In this document: in pieces, positions 38,065-52,544 of the stretch
Layout of the letters: the number at the start of each line of letters is the position of its first letter
Position numbering within the stretch: position 1 is the first letter of the stretch
Assembly: GCA_000934665.2 (NCBI GenBank)
Contig: JYFJ02001494.1
Location: 1 to 64,000 of the forward strand
Length of the DNA: 64,000 nt
Reading direction: 5' to 3'
Origin: Catajapyx aquilonaris
Taxonomy: Eukaryota
Position numbers and translations under genes: made by a program
Notes under the pieces: generated by a model
The model's database searches: none
Told to the model about the DNA's origin: nothing
The model's input: only the letters and a program-made list of their open reading frames with translations

Positions 38065-39369
38065 ATGGACGCGCCGGCAGGGAATGGCCAGGAAGGCGCA
38101 GGACTGGAAAATCATCCGGCGACAAGACAAAGTACGTCATACACACACCGCTGCACCCATTCCAGCTTTTCATAGCAGTGCGAGGGATAGTTTGTTGTCG
38201 CTACAACCCAATCCAAAAAGGCCAAAGTTTGAAAAAACACACAGAAACTGACCTGCAAAATACAAAAAAAAAATTAATTTCGACGTATATTTCGCATGGC
38301 CCGACCCCAAATGAGTGACCAGTTATAACGATCGTTTCTATACCCACGCACTTGCACCTATCATATATCACAGAAGCGCCTTTCAGATCCAGCTATAGTC
38401 ATTAATAATTTTTGAAATGTCACTTTCTGGCACTGTGTAGCCTATATACAGTACATACTAATTTGTCGTCGACGGTACTGGTACTGTCTGCCTTGAAAAA
38501 AATGATGAGATGTTCCGCCTAAAAAAATTCTGGCATTCTACAACCATCACTAACTCACCCTGAACTTAAAGTCTATGTGCATAAGATAGTACAGGTATAT
38601 TACAGGTCTGATGGTTTTATAGCGCATTGCTATAGCTTTACCCAGTTTTGTTTGAAATTTTGTCCGACTATGGGACACCGGGCAGGCAGGTCGTACACCG
38701 AATTTGGCCGAGAAATGTCTCCTGTCAGGTATTAGCAATTATTTCGCTATTCCAACGTAGGTTTCAGAGTTGTTTCAATGACCAATTAATTATTATTTTC
38801 AGCTGTAAGATGGTAAAATACGAGGTATAATAACATACAGTATACTTTCCAACACATTCACATATAGGCCTACGAGTTGTCAGAAAATAATATGCGGTGT
38901 TTCGGTCCAGCGATCTTATGAGATTGCGAAGTTACACCATAATAATAATTATCAATTGCTTCGTGCAGGGATGTCCAGGAGGCCCAGGGGTCGTCGAGGT
39001 CATTCGATGTCGAGACGCAACTACGTAGAGCGTAGCCGTGTCCAGAGTCTGTCCGAGGCCTTCTCCTCCCTGAAGCTTTGCCTCCCGAATGTCCCGCCGA
39101 ACACCAGACTGACCCAGCTGGAGATCCTGATGATGGCAATGGCCCACATCAACCGGCTGACCAACACCCTGGCCCAACTCAAAGAAGAGCGACCATCTGC
39201 AGGCGTCTTCTCGGATGCCCTCACCAGCATCAGGACTGATGAGGACGCTTACTCGGACTACTGTCCCCTGCTTCCACCAGAAGCACTGGCTCAACAGCAG
39301 CAGGCATCCTGTTTCCACAACGCCGACGACAGCAGCATCAACAACAGCAACAACCAGTATGGCCAGTAG
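38065..39369 (+). CDS. Diverged TCF23/24 (MyoRb)-like bHLH paralog; exons 38065-38131, 38969-39369
   Basis: RRNYVERSRVQSLSEAFSSLKLCLPNVPPNTRLTQLEILMMAMAHINRL; phase-1 intron and upstream DNA homologous to the neighbouring bHLH gene. Confidence 0.8.
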
Positions 39370-41185
39370 AAAAGCATTGTCTGCTCAGCACATATCCCGA
39401 TGAGGAGGAGGATAAGAATGATGGTGATGATGATGACGACGACGATGTTGTTAACATAAACTGGGACTAATAAACCCCTCTGATAAAAACCTCTCGACTG
39501 CTTCAGCTTCTGCAATATCCAGTTTTTACTGAGCTAATCTTGTGCTTATGAGGCATTACTCACCAGTGAGATTGACTTGCACATTGTGAGCCCTCGTATA
39601 TTAACTTTTTTCACTTAGGCTTGTTGACTATCACCAACTTTTCATATCATGTTTTATTACTTTTGATAATATATTCAGTTATTGTCACACACAATAATTA
39701 TATTCTGACTGCTGGAACCTCAGGTCTCGTTAGTAAAGTGTTTGGCTTATTAAAAATTATTCATTAGCTATATGCCCCAGTCGTAACTTTGAGAATTTTA
39801 TCCAAGTTAATCATGTGGGCAGCAGGAATGGCGAGATCAGGAAACTCTGGTGCTGGTGAGTATGCACAGTACTGTAAACATTTGACTCGCGATTTGAATG
39901 GTGGGTTTGCAGATTGAGTAGTAACCAGGTAAAAGCATGGCTTGACTCGAATCTATATAGCAAGGCAGTGGGGACAACATTTCAAACTGGGTGACAATAT
40001 TATAGGCAACCTATACAACTGGCCAAAATGTAGTCATTTTACGAGGTGTCACAGTATTATTTATGTCGTCCTGATGGCACAATATTTAGCGACACGATCA
40101 TCAGCCATCCACGTGTCTCTGTGAATGTATCAGCATTTGAGAAAAATATTATTACCACTCTGTACAGACTCTTACTTCCAGGCGGTTAAAAATGTAGCTG
40201 AAGTGAGTCTGATCATTACTTTTCCTCTTCCCAAAAAAGTGATTAGATGCGTGAAACTAATCATTTCCTGTCAGAGAGGGAGAGAAAAATACGCCGCCAT
40301 ATTTTTACGAGGCCTCACTTTTCACTCTCATGCCTACTTACGACTATTATCGTACATTGTGGCTCATTTTTACAATTAATTCATTAGCATAGGCTATGTG
40401 ACAAAAATGCGACATTCATTTATAGTTACAAAATATATGATATGACCTTATAGACTAACGATGACACAGACAGTGTCGAGTTATTTTATTTTAATTGAGG
40501 TATAATCCAAAGCCTTGTCATATAACGCTGTCTGATCATATAAGCACTCTCAATCCTCATTTGAAAGAGTACAGTTGCAAGTAATATTTATTATATTGCA
40601 CCAATTACCAATATATTATTGAAATGATTGTCCGGGAAGATTTTGGATGGTTTCGCAAGCGGGAAAGCAACAGAACCTGTCTGAGATTGCCTTCCTTGCA
40701 TGAAGTCATCATCACACTAACAAGAACCCTGATAACTAAGAACCACTAAGACAACTTCTTAGGCACCAAACTATAAGGGGGCACCAGGGAGGGCACCAGC
40801 CGCCTCAGAAACCGCGGACACCCGATATAATAATCTTCTCACCCAATTTGTGAAACTAGACACCGGATATTACTGTGAGCTATTTTCCTTCTTGTCTGAC
40901 AGCAATAAAGTCTTTATACCAGCAGACCATCGAAATCCTAACAAGAAGTGTCTCGCCTTCCGGTGACATCTATAGCTGGTGGTCATCTCTGGCACCACAT
41001 TGTCCAGCTGCTCCCCTTCAGGCAAGGGTTCCCTTGCTCACGGATCGGTACACCGCGTCATATATACTACATATCGGGTTCCGTGATTGATAGGTTATAG
41101 TTAGAGCGGGTTCCTTTTTCCCTCTGGGGTGTGGTTTGAGGCACACGTGACCCAGGTGACCCTTAGCTCCGAAAGGGACGATCAG

Positions 41186-43665
41186 ATGGTCTGGCTTGCA
41201 GATGCAGAGGGTGGCCAGGGCTCCTCAGGAATGGACCAGGCCCCGACAGGTAAAGTCATGTTCACTTCAAGCAGTACGTACCTCTTCTATACTGCCGGTA
41301 GTTAAAATCTTGTTTAGTGTAACGCCTGAGGTTTCCTTAACCGATGCTCAAACAAGGAGTCCTTAGAATTTATTTTAACGGAGTCATAGTATATTATTGT
41401 TATGCCACGTCCTATACTTCCAAGATTGGTCAATTCCTAGCTGTTGAACTCAACACCAACATTTCTTCAACCCACGATCTGACATAATATTATTCTATCT
41501 GCATTCAACAAACGTCTATCGGCGCGAGTTGGTGCGAATTAGCATAGCGCATGTTAGATATTGTTTTATTAAGCTGAAAATGGGTTCGTGCGCCACTGCA
41601 GCATATATTATGTTGGCATGGCACATTTTTCAAAAAAAAATTTCACTATCTTGAAGTTTTACCATCACTTACATGAACCTGCCATTCACATAATATTACG
41701 ATACATAAGGCTAGGTTGTGCACAAGTCCGCACAGTCTAACGGGCTCTGAGAGGAGGGAAAAAATTACCCGGCAATAAATTTAAATGTCAGTTTTTGTTA
41801 TTTAATATCTAGGTCACTTGTAATTACTGTACATTTTGTCTTTAAATGCCAGTTTTTGAAATGAACTCCCCACCTGCACCCTCCTTGGTCTGTGAACTTT
41901 GGAGGTGTGGAGCATTCTGCTGCCCGAGGTGATCAAAGGTAGCGACATGTCATCTAAATGTAGAGGAGCCAGGGCATACCTTCACATCGGGTTCATAAAA
42001 TAATGTTACTGGCTCTTGGAAAGTTACCATGTTGCTAATGAGGCTTCTACCTGTTTTATTTTCACTGAAATTAAATTAAAACTAATAATATTTATTATTA
42101 TTATTATTAAGGGGCGGCCAATACGAAGAGGAGGCAACGAGGTCGTACGTCCTCGAGGAACGCAGCTCGAGAGCGCAGCCGCGTCCAGAGCATCCAGCAG
42201 GCCTACCAACGACTGCAGAGCTGCCTCCGGACTGTTCCGCTGGACACGAAGCTGTCCAAGCTGGACACCTTGGTGCTGGCCATGTCCTACATCACAGAGC
42301 TGAAGGCCACTCTGACCCAGGCGGACGCCAGCAACGCGAAACAGTCACTCACACCCATGGAAGCAGCAGCAGGAGCATCCACCGCCACTCACCTAGTCGA
42401 GAACGGGCCTCCAGAGGGCTTGATGCGTCCAGTCAAGGTAAGAAGAAGCCGCTGATGGTGATGATGATATCCAACTCTGAACAGAAACAGACATACTCGT
42501 AATATAGCCTATCGCATCATGCTGGCGTCCATGGATCACAAACGCAATCTTGATGTTCCCCTGGAGAGAACACACCCCAAAAATGGCATTGTCCGAGTAT
42601 ACACGAAGAGCAATCGCTGCATTGTTTCTCGATCCCTGGCTACTTGGCAGGTCAAATAAAAATAACTATACAGCAAGGTAGCACGTCGTGCAGTTTAAAT
42701 GAGTCATTGCATATTTGCATAATTTGCTGGCTCTGCTGCTGCTGCTGGGCAGCACATGAACCACAAGTCAGCGAAGGACTGCGGCCTGCGGCTTGTAATT
42801 TCTGATCCTCATTGGTTGGTATCATGGTCTTAGAATACTCAGGTCTGGTCACTCCCTGTTATCGCCTGCCGGGGCGTTTTGCATGAGGTGCTCACCTGAG
42901 AGCGCCATGAGACCTTTCTCGGAACTATTATGTGGCAACCCTATACCGGACTACGCTGAACTTTATAGGTATATACAAAAGGGAAGCGCTATGTGCGGGC
43001 CCAACATTGCCGCACCATGTTGGGTCCCCCAATGTAGCGCTTCCCTTTTGTACCTATAAAGTTCATCGTAGTCCGGTAGGGTCGCCACATAATTGTTCCG
43101 TGAAAGGTCTCATGGCGCTCTCAGGTGAAAACGCCCCGGCAGGCGATAAGATAAGACTTTAGGGATAGTGTCCGTGGGCTGGTTGGTATATATATCGTTG
43201 ACTAGCAGGTGTGGCAAAGTTACACGAAGAAAAGGAACATATATGGAAGGATCTATTGAACATTGTTTCTTGCATGAGAAAATATTTGCTGTCGGCCCGG
43301 GAATAATAAAACGTGAGATCTCAGTGGTAGAACGTGGGCCTAAGCGCATCAGATACCGCCACACGCTGCGCTGCGCCGCGTCGCGTCGCCTCTCCAGTAA
43401 TATATTATTTGAGGATCTTCAAATATTTGAACATAGTCTACAGCCTTTTACACTCCTCAGTTCCTGGAATAAGTCAAACAAACAAATTATTCGTATAACG
43501 CCGTGTCGTTGAATGTTTCAGAAGTGGCCAATGAGATCCCGCCTATACTCCTCCGTGTCCACCACCGAGTGCGCCACATGCTCCTGCTGCCTCCAGTCAC
43601 CACTGGCTCAGCATCAACATCAGCATCACTCAAACGGACACACGGGCAGCCGGCACGACCAATAG
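41186..43665 (+). CDS. TCF24: bHLH transcription factor, TCF23/TCF24 (MyoRb) type; exons 41186-41249, 42112-42437, 43522-43665
   Basis: [49 protein letters not shown] plus the family C-terminal motif [15 protein letters not shown] spanning a phase-0 intron. Confidence 0.88.
42859..43149. mobile_element. Fold-back element in TCF24 intron 2
   Basis: Long imperfect palindrome ttatcgcctgccggggcgtttt...aaaacgccccggcaggcgataa. Confidence 0.75.
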
Positions 43666-45049
43666 GCCACAATCGCTACATGCTAGATAAGAAACTTGTC
43701 CAGTTGTCGGTATGGAGTCATCATCGCGACGACGACGCGTCGCGACAACCTTCTTCTATTCTTCTAGGCGTCGACGATGCTGTCCCCACTGACGCATAGA
43801 AGGATAGACGATGCTGGACACCAACTGCCTATACTAAAAGGAGCCGTCTGATCGTTCTCTCGTTTTCCATACATTAGTCTATTACTGCAATATCAATACT
43901 ATAAGCCATTATTACGGCTTAACTTATCAAACCATATAAGTTGTGAAACTTCTACAATCTGCTTTCATCACTGATTATTATCTTTATGTAATGATGATGA
44001 TGATGGGTATATATGTGTACTACGTATGCGTGTATTATTGCTGGCTGCAATAAGCACTGTATTATCAATAGTTCCAGCGGAAAAACTTTTTCGACACTAC
44101 TTTACGGAACCAATAATTAGATACAGCCAGTATTTTATTATTTATGACACGTTGCAAGTGGATACACGTTGATAATAATACTGTATGTTATTTTCATTCA
44201 AGGACACAAGGATTGTAATAAGTGCCTTTTTCTCAACAAATTCTATTATTTTGACATTTTCAGTCCTGCGACTTACTACAGTATATGCCCTACATATCCG
44301 CAGTAACATGAATACCTTAAAATAGAAGAGAATAGCTATTCCTTTCCAAACGAGGACAATGCAAAATGACATAACTTGTATGCATAATTATGAGCAACCA
44401 CATAATATAAAGGTATAGACTGACTTCGACATTTGTCACTATATATTTTAATTTGTGAGTTTCTACGATGACTTCGAATGCAATGATGCATTATTTTACG
44501 CCGCATCGACTTTCCATTTAAAAATGTCTGTTATTGTACAGTATAATTATGCTGTAGGTATATATATATATAAAGCAGCCGAGTGCACATCCCCAGCAGT
44601 ACGTAGGCTATCTATAGTTTTGGAATTTACGGATCGTGGAATTTCATTGCCGGTAAAGTTTTGGACGGCCAATAAAAATAATAGCGCGCCACTACAGTAC
44701 ACACTACTATAATCCTGAATAATTCTGCTCTGGAAATAATATTTTAGTATTATACGAGTATGTGGCGCTGTATGATTCCACGATTTAAAACGCACTGCTG
44801 CACATTGATATGGCCATGGAACTGGTATCTCACCAGTCACCACGAGGACCACGAGATCCAGCAGTCTAGATGCATGTTGGGAGACTTCCTGATGCAGGCG
44901 GCCAAAAGGATCGATGGTGGACAATCAAGGGGACGGAGCTTGGCTGGTATTAATAGGGGCGGATTATAGCCTACCCAGTCCAACAATGGGCAGCTAGTGG
45001 AGGAGAATGGAGCTGGAATGACTGGGCTCAGCATCAGCTTCTTCATAAT

Positions 45050-45318
<269 letters not shown>

Positions 45319-46597
45319 CGGTTTGACACCGACAGAATAAGCACGACGATAGCAGGACGGCGGTTATTCATTGCTGCTTACAACAGGTTGCCTATCTTTC
45401 AAAATGGATGCTGTGGTACACTATGAGCAAGTTTTTCCCTTGATAAAAAGAGCAGTGCATCACTCCACACAGTATCTTCATAATTAATTTTTGTCATTAT
45501 CGGAGGCCACAAGTTGGCGCATGTAAAACGCAATGTATATAGGTATATTTTTCGGATCGCAAGTGCGTATATAATACGACGAGGTATATGTCCCAAGTTC
45601 CACTGGCGTAATACTGTCAGTAAATTTTACGTAAGTATCAATACACTCAGCACTAACTAACAGTAAGCACCGCTGCACTGGTATATCACTACAAGTTTAG
45701 GGAAAAATATGGTGAACGCTTGTACAAAATGGGAGAGGTTCCCTAATTGAATCGTAATAGAATCAGCAGTTAAGCAAGCGTGCAATGTGACATTGTTTCA
45801 CACTCAGCCTCTTGGAAAAATGATACACGTATTTTGGAATAGTTAAAATCCATTCCTTCTCGTAACACTAATAGGCGAATGATAGCTACACTTCTTGTCA
45901 TACATCCTTTCAGACATGAGCAAGCATCATGCAGGGAAATACCTGTATAATTATATAGGGTCGTCCCGACTCGACGGGGACGTTATTTTCCGGAGAAGAA
46001 ACTTTCTGTCTCCGTATTTCTCCATATCAATCAAGCAGCTGGCCTTATGAGCATCACTCCGAGCAAGACTCCGAGTTTAATCACCTGTTATTAAGTACTA
46101 ATGATATACCTGGGCACCTGCAAATTGCACAGCGCAATATTTCTTTTCAACAAGTCTTATTCTTGAACAGGGAAGCACTGCAGGGTCCCAGTGAAAGAGG
46201 TGAAAGCGGTGCAAATAAGTCCAACAGTCGCGATTTTCACGCTCATATCCTGCAACTTCGGCAACCATTGACCAATGTTTCTGGTCAAGGTCATCATGTT
46301 AACTAACGGTTTCTCCCTCTACATTATTTTATCTCCCCTACATTTTCGAATTCTTGTGGCTCAAGGGATATGCTGACGGCGCGGCGGTTGGCTGGATTAT
46401 AGTAACAAACACCCTGGTCATACAGACATACAGTATACATCGTCGATATCCACCTACGACTTCTCCTGGGGCCCTCGAACCCGCAGGACAGGTCATTAGC
46501 CTATCTACTACGTCTCTATTTACAAGAAAAGAGACATCAAGACGGGTGACATGTTGCAGTTGGAACCACGGTTTCAAAATGAGTAGGACAAATATAG

Positions 46598-46762
46598 TGC
46601 CGTCAGATGTAAGAAGACCGTAACTCGAAAACCACTAAGGGCGAAAGTCGCATGCACGCCCTGCACTAATCCCCTCTGAGCCAGGGTGGATTAGTGCACG
46701 GCATGCATGCGACTTTCGCCCTTACTAGTTTTTGAGTTACGGTCTTCTTACAACTGACGGTA
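46598..46762. mobile_element. Palindromic MITE, family P
   Basis: Homolog of 9491-9661. Confidence 0.85.
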
Positions 46763-47374
46763 GTAATAGTGCTCAGGCAGTCAGGCGATACCGAAACATC
46801 AGCACTTCAGGGCGGAGTTGAATGGAAATATTATGGATCAGCCTTCACCTTGCAAGTTCTGGTGGTTGCTCTGATCCATTGTTTAATAATGGCATGAAGA
46901 GACAATGCTTGGTCAGCGACAATTTACGACATATGATGGAGACGGATCTCTCATTATGCATTGAAGGCACCACAGATAAACAGGATAGTTTGTGATTGTG
47001 ACACTCATTTAAAATTGAGTTCACCTCCAGGTTCACCTCGTTTCAGAGACTCGACACTGATGGTTGGAAGCATGAATGACACGTGTACGACAAGGAGGAG
47101 GCAGTGCTTCCTTCGGTGAAGGGAGCCTGTACACACTCGATTGGCCCTTCAACGTCTTCTGCTTCGTCGCAGCTGCCGACACCATTTCCGTCGGCACACT
47201 CCTCGAAGACGAAGGATCATATCAGTCTACAGCAACCAAATTTTATTCATTTGAATCCTTTGGGAACTCCTTGGGAACCAAAATAATTCAACATTGCACT
47301 AACACTCTTTTGGCCATGCTTATACTTTACGTTAATAATCCCGAAAGAGTGTTGCAACAAGTTTGCACTATATA

Positions 47375-48096
47375 CAGGGCTATTCATAAGTCTTGACCCT
47401 ATTTTAAAAATTCACCAAAAATACACTACACAACAGATAGTTGTAATTAATATACCAAAGGAGCGAGAAAGGATCCAAGTTTTTTTTACACACATTACAA
47501 ATGTTCATTGTGTCCTCCTCTGGAGATGCGGCACACATCTAGCCGATACTCCATTTCGCCCCATACGCGAGCAAGCATGTGACATGCTTGCTCGCGTATG
47601 GGGCGAAATGGAGTAAATTTTTGTTAGGTCAATCATTGAGAGTTTGTGACATCCATGGTGATGCGGTGGCGAAGTTCCTGGATATTTAAAGTGAGTGGAG
47701 GCACAAAGACAGTGTCGTTCACAAATCCCAGTAAGAAAAAGTCGCGAGTTAAATCGGGTGACCAGGGTGGCCACCGCATTAACACCTCATCATCGGGACT
47801 TGTGCGTCCAATCCAACGTCTCGGTTGAAGTACCATCGCACCTGGGTATGGAAATGAGGTGGAGCACCATCTTCTTGAAAGAGGTAATCCTCCATGTTCA
47901 TTTTATAATGTATAATTTATCATTTTCTAACTACTGCCTCCTAGCGGCACAGCAAGGCTACAACACGAGAGGGGTTTGCTGTAAAAAAAAACTCGGATCC
48001 TTTCTCGCTCTTTTGGCATATTAATTACAACTATCTGTTGTGTAGTGTATTTTTGGTGAATTTTTAAAATAGGGTCAAGACTTATGAATAGCCCTG
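47375..48096 (-). mobile_element. Internally deleted Tc1/mariner-superfamily transposon
   Basis: ~110-bp TIRs (CAGGGCTATTC...), TA flanks, and transposase remnant RRWIGR...WPPWSPDLTRDFFLLG (ORF 47633-47836). Confidence 0.9.
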
Positions 48097-49185
48097 TATA
48101 ATAGGACTATACACCGTATAAAATAACACATGGATAATAATGTCAGTTGCACTTACTGTATAATATTGTGTTTCAGCAACCAAGCTTTGACTTGAACTCC
48201 TTATAGGAACCTAATTCAACATTGCATCGACACTGCTTTTTTCGCGTCACAATAATTACTCTCACGGGCATCCTTCCTCAATTTAAATCCAATCCCGACG
48301 AGGCGAGGGTAGCAATAAGTTCGCACTGCAACGTCCAAACATCCCTCGCAAAGCTGGAATGCACCGATTGCACTATTGCCAAAATGGTTTCCTTAAAATA
48401 TAGGGGATAGTTCGGGGATAGTTCTCAGCGTGTCATGCCATCATCTCTGTTGCCCTATACCCAGTTTGTTGCCAGGTTGTCTGAAGAATGCGGACTGCCC
48501 GATGGAGGAGGACCATGGTGTTCGCTAAAGCTCCTAGCTGGCACACAAATGTAGTCCGCAAGGGGCCGGCACACCCATACACACATGCACAGACAGGGTC
48601 AGGAAAGTGATGAGGAGTCTCCTCAACTACTATATAAGGAGATGTAACTATCGGCTAAAACCTTCCCTACATTATGCAAACAGCTAATAAGAAAGACATC
48701 CATATTATGCTATACAAAATTCAGTACAGTATTACCGTAAATCACGGGGATTCCACGTATTTTGGACCTTCATAATAATATCCGCTGACAAACTACTTGT
48801 ACCGTATAGTTTGTTGAACTTGCTGCAGAAACTTGTCATTCCATTCCTTCGAGATAAACCTTGCCAGAAATTTATTATTCTAAGGCCAGTGCTCAAACAA
48901 CTACTGATCTGTTTTTGCTGGATATTGGCTGCAGGATACAACTATCTTGCAGAGAGGTCTGGCCTAAAAACTCTATTCCAATAATGTTATGATGTAATGA
49001 ACATAAATATGAACTATAATAATGATTATAATAAGAATTATCCAGGTATGCTTCATCTTTAGCTTATCAGTTAAGTGACGCAATGAAGTATGATAGACAA
49101 TAATAATTGGCTAATATTCATCTTGCATCACTTACCCATTTTTATGCAGAGCACTTTCACTATACCGCGTATACCTATAGATATT

Positions 49186-49505
49186 AGGGGAGACGGAGTG
49201 ACGCTGCGGTAACGTATATGCGCCCACGGATGTTAAGGTCCCGGGTTCGATCCCAGCCCGGGGTCACCCCCTCGTGCAGAGTAGTTGAGCGGTCATCGTC
49301 TCTGGCTTCGTCTTAGGTGGCATTTCCTCAGGAGTTCACAAAACGACCACGGATAAGACATTGCACTGCACTTTGCACATCCCCTCCTGTCACCCTGCCC
49401 GTGGACCCGGCTTTCATTAAATAGGCACCATATGTACTGAACAACTCAAAAGACAATAAAAGTCCACGCGATATACCCCGGAAGGGGTGAAAGCATTACC
49501 CACAA

Positions 49506-49561
<56 letters not shown>
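49186..49561 (+). mobile_element. tRNA-derived SINE, family A, full length
   Basis: tRNA-like head with GGTTCGATCCC, (ATT)n tail, and 16-bp TSD tatacctatagatatt (49170-49185 / 49562-49577). Confidence 0.9.
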
Positions 49562-49565
<4 letters not shown>

Positions 49566-51699
49566 CCTATAGATATTCTCTAACATTTGTCACTTCTTGT
49601 GCTGAAATGAGGCGATACTCAGGGGGTGATCACACTGCGTAGCATGACTTGTGAGGGCAATATTTTAGAGGGTTGTCTATAGCCTCTTTTCCATTGGCCT
49701 GGTGTAGTCATTTCCAGCCACCGCACCGGACTCTTTCAGTGGGGTTAATGACTGATGAATCTGGGTCACCTAATGTGGTGGACAATTTCGCAATGCTTTT
49801 GCATATGGGGAAAAACTTTTTCGCAGGGATACAGTGCATGGCATTTTGACAATCACCCTTGACGAGATTGCTTTAGATCATGGACGGACGTGGACACCGA
49901 GACACTGTGGACACTTCTGGGGAGATATTATGGATTGCAGGACAGAACGAACGCTCACGAAGGAGTAGTCTTCTACTATTCTCATGAGGCCCAAAGTCAG
50001 ATGTACCTGTCCAAAGCCACAAGTAACTCGTACTGCGTATAGAGGCACCTCAAATATTCTGAATGGAATAGGGGGGGTTACGTTGCGTTGGCATTGTTAT
50101 AGGAAGGACCGTGGGCTGCTGCACTCGGTCCACATCCGCAAACTCGACGCAGATCGTCGCAGATATCACCCGTGGAGTTGGGGGCTAGGTGATAACAATA
50201 AGGAAGTGAAGAACAAGGATGTAACAACGACATACTACTGAGGCCTGCGTCGCGTCCTGGGCTTCCCCTATCCGAAAGGAGAAGACGATATACCCAGGGC
50301 CTATATGTAACCCAGCAGGACTCTCTGAAAGAGTGGGCCAATGTGCACAGTATACACGTACGTTACAAACGCGTGGGGCATACGTAACTTACTTATTCTG
50401 AAGCCACACGCTCATGGAGAATGAATTTTTATTCCCTATATCATTCACCTTAACGTAGAGTGCTGGCTGCTGTATAGCACCAGAATAGGCCAGAATTCCT
50501 TGCTCGATTCTTTTTTGACAAGTTACATACGTATATAGTGTACAGGACATAATAACACAGTCGTACGGATAGGTGATGGGGCCCAACACGAGATGATTGT
50601 TTTGGACAGTGTATATCACAATAAATTATTTCATATTGTTGATTTTTATCCCTTCAACCATCATGGTCACATTCACTTCTCGTCATTAGCTGATGCATGT
50701 GCTTCTATAGGGTGAGGGATCCATCACTTTTCACCCTACAGCCAACTATTTAGTATTACCTTTTCCGTCAGCAACATGCAGAAAGAAAGCAGCAAGAAAG
50801 GAATCATACATCATATTATGTAGAGTGTATGTGGACGACATGCTCACTTCATGATCTGCTACACTTGGAGTGTTTCAGCGACACTTATCCACACCTATAC
50901 GGTATATCAGCTAGATTACATGCAAGATTGATTATATAGGGACTTGTTCAAGGCAGGCACAAAGCAAGCCTGCTATCGGTCAAGCAAGGTGTGACCGGTG
51001 CTTGCTGCTTAGCACAATCTGTCAGTATATACCTCCATATACCTGTGGTGCACATTCCTGGAAGCCAGACATGATGTGCAGGGGGCAATGGCACGTGACT
51101 ACGTCAGGGACTAGTGTACCAGCAACTATCGTATTTGGCCGATATTCACATTAATTTGAACCTGTGTTCATAAGCACACCATATGCACTGAAGCTGCATA
51201 CGTCACTTTTCACGTGCTTAATGCTGACATTATTGAATATACGTAGTAGATGGCTAAAGAAGTATATTTTACTATGGGATAATTTTCCTTCCCTTACCTC
51301 GACTTAAATGACGCTGATACACTTGGAAGTTGGAACACTCTGTATGTATTCATCAGGACACTGTATACGTCAGGTGCTATGTGGACATGCTTTGTCTATC
51401 TCGGCAACGTATTTTTTCATGTCTACAATTAATACTGACGAACTGTCCATCCTAATGATACTGTATGTAGTACACCAACACCATTTGCGACTCATTCTCA
51501 GGATAATATTCACGGTTAGTTTTAATAACATTATGCGCCGAATTATACATACCGTACCTCAGCAAAATAATGGTGTGTTGTTCTATTGTTATAAATCGAT
51601 CATCCATCATTTATTGTCCCAATAACCTCACAGGATACAAAATGATATTAAACATTAAAGACCGAATATCGAGCAATATGCTTCTTCTATACTTCGTTT

Positions 51700-51749
<50 letters not shown>

Positions 51750-51772
51750 TATCGTTGTTGTTGTTGTTGTTG
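51700..51772. repeat. (CAT)n-(GTT)n microsatellite
   Basis: Directly visible. Confidence 0.9.
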
Positions 51773-51866
51773 AATCAATAAGCACATGTAGTTGCGAGAA
51801 AGTTTGAAAGCGACTTGAGTACCGTATACTACACTTCACGTGAGAGCATGATAAAGATTTTATTAG

Positions 51867-52097
51867 TGATTATCGTCAGCTGCCTGCTTTGAAGGAAGGT
51901 ATAGTAGTTAGTGAGCTTGAACAATTGGAAGTGAGATATGAGTAAGTCACATAATACATTATTTTAATGTATGATGTGACTTACATGATGTATGATGTAG
52001 ACTATGATGTGAATTACTCACATCTCACTTCAAATTGTTCAAGCTCGCTAAATAGCCTACTATACCTTCCTTCAAAGTAGGCAGATGACGACAATCA
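51867..52097. repeat. Imperfect inverted repeat, probable old MITE
   Basis: tcgtcagctgcctgctttgaaggaaggtatagtag...ctactataccttccttcaaagtaggcagatgacga. Confidence 0.7.
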
Positions 52098-52544
52098 TGC
52101 ATATTCAAGAACAACAATAATAATAATTGGCATGGCATCAAATAACATGCGTACATTTCCGTCCTGTAAAAAAAACGTCACTGTCAGTTCTCTGTCACAA
52201 CTTTGCAAGAAAAATATGTGTGTACTCGTGGGACCACATAAAAACAACGTATGTCAAGTGGTTGAGTTTCCTGGAGTAGCGTGAGGCAAGGTCAAACGCT
52301 TGAAATGCCGCTGTTTGTATTTACTGCGTTGCGCAACACACAGCTTATTCAGCGGACCCCCATGGTCAGTTAGATTGATAAGTGAGCAAGCAGCACCAAG
52401 GTGAAAAGTAGATTGGGCTCTAAGGAAGGAAGGAAGGAAGGAAGGAAGGAAGGAAGGCAGGTGGTGCTCTGCTGACAGGTTCATTTCACAGAGATCAGTG
52501 TGGTCACAAGGTCCGGTGCCGTACGTCATCCTCAGCAACCATAT

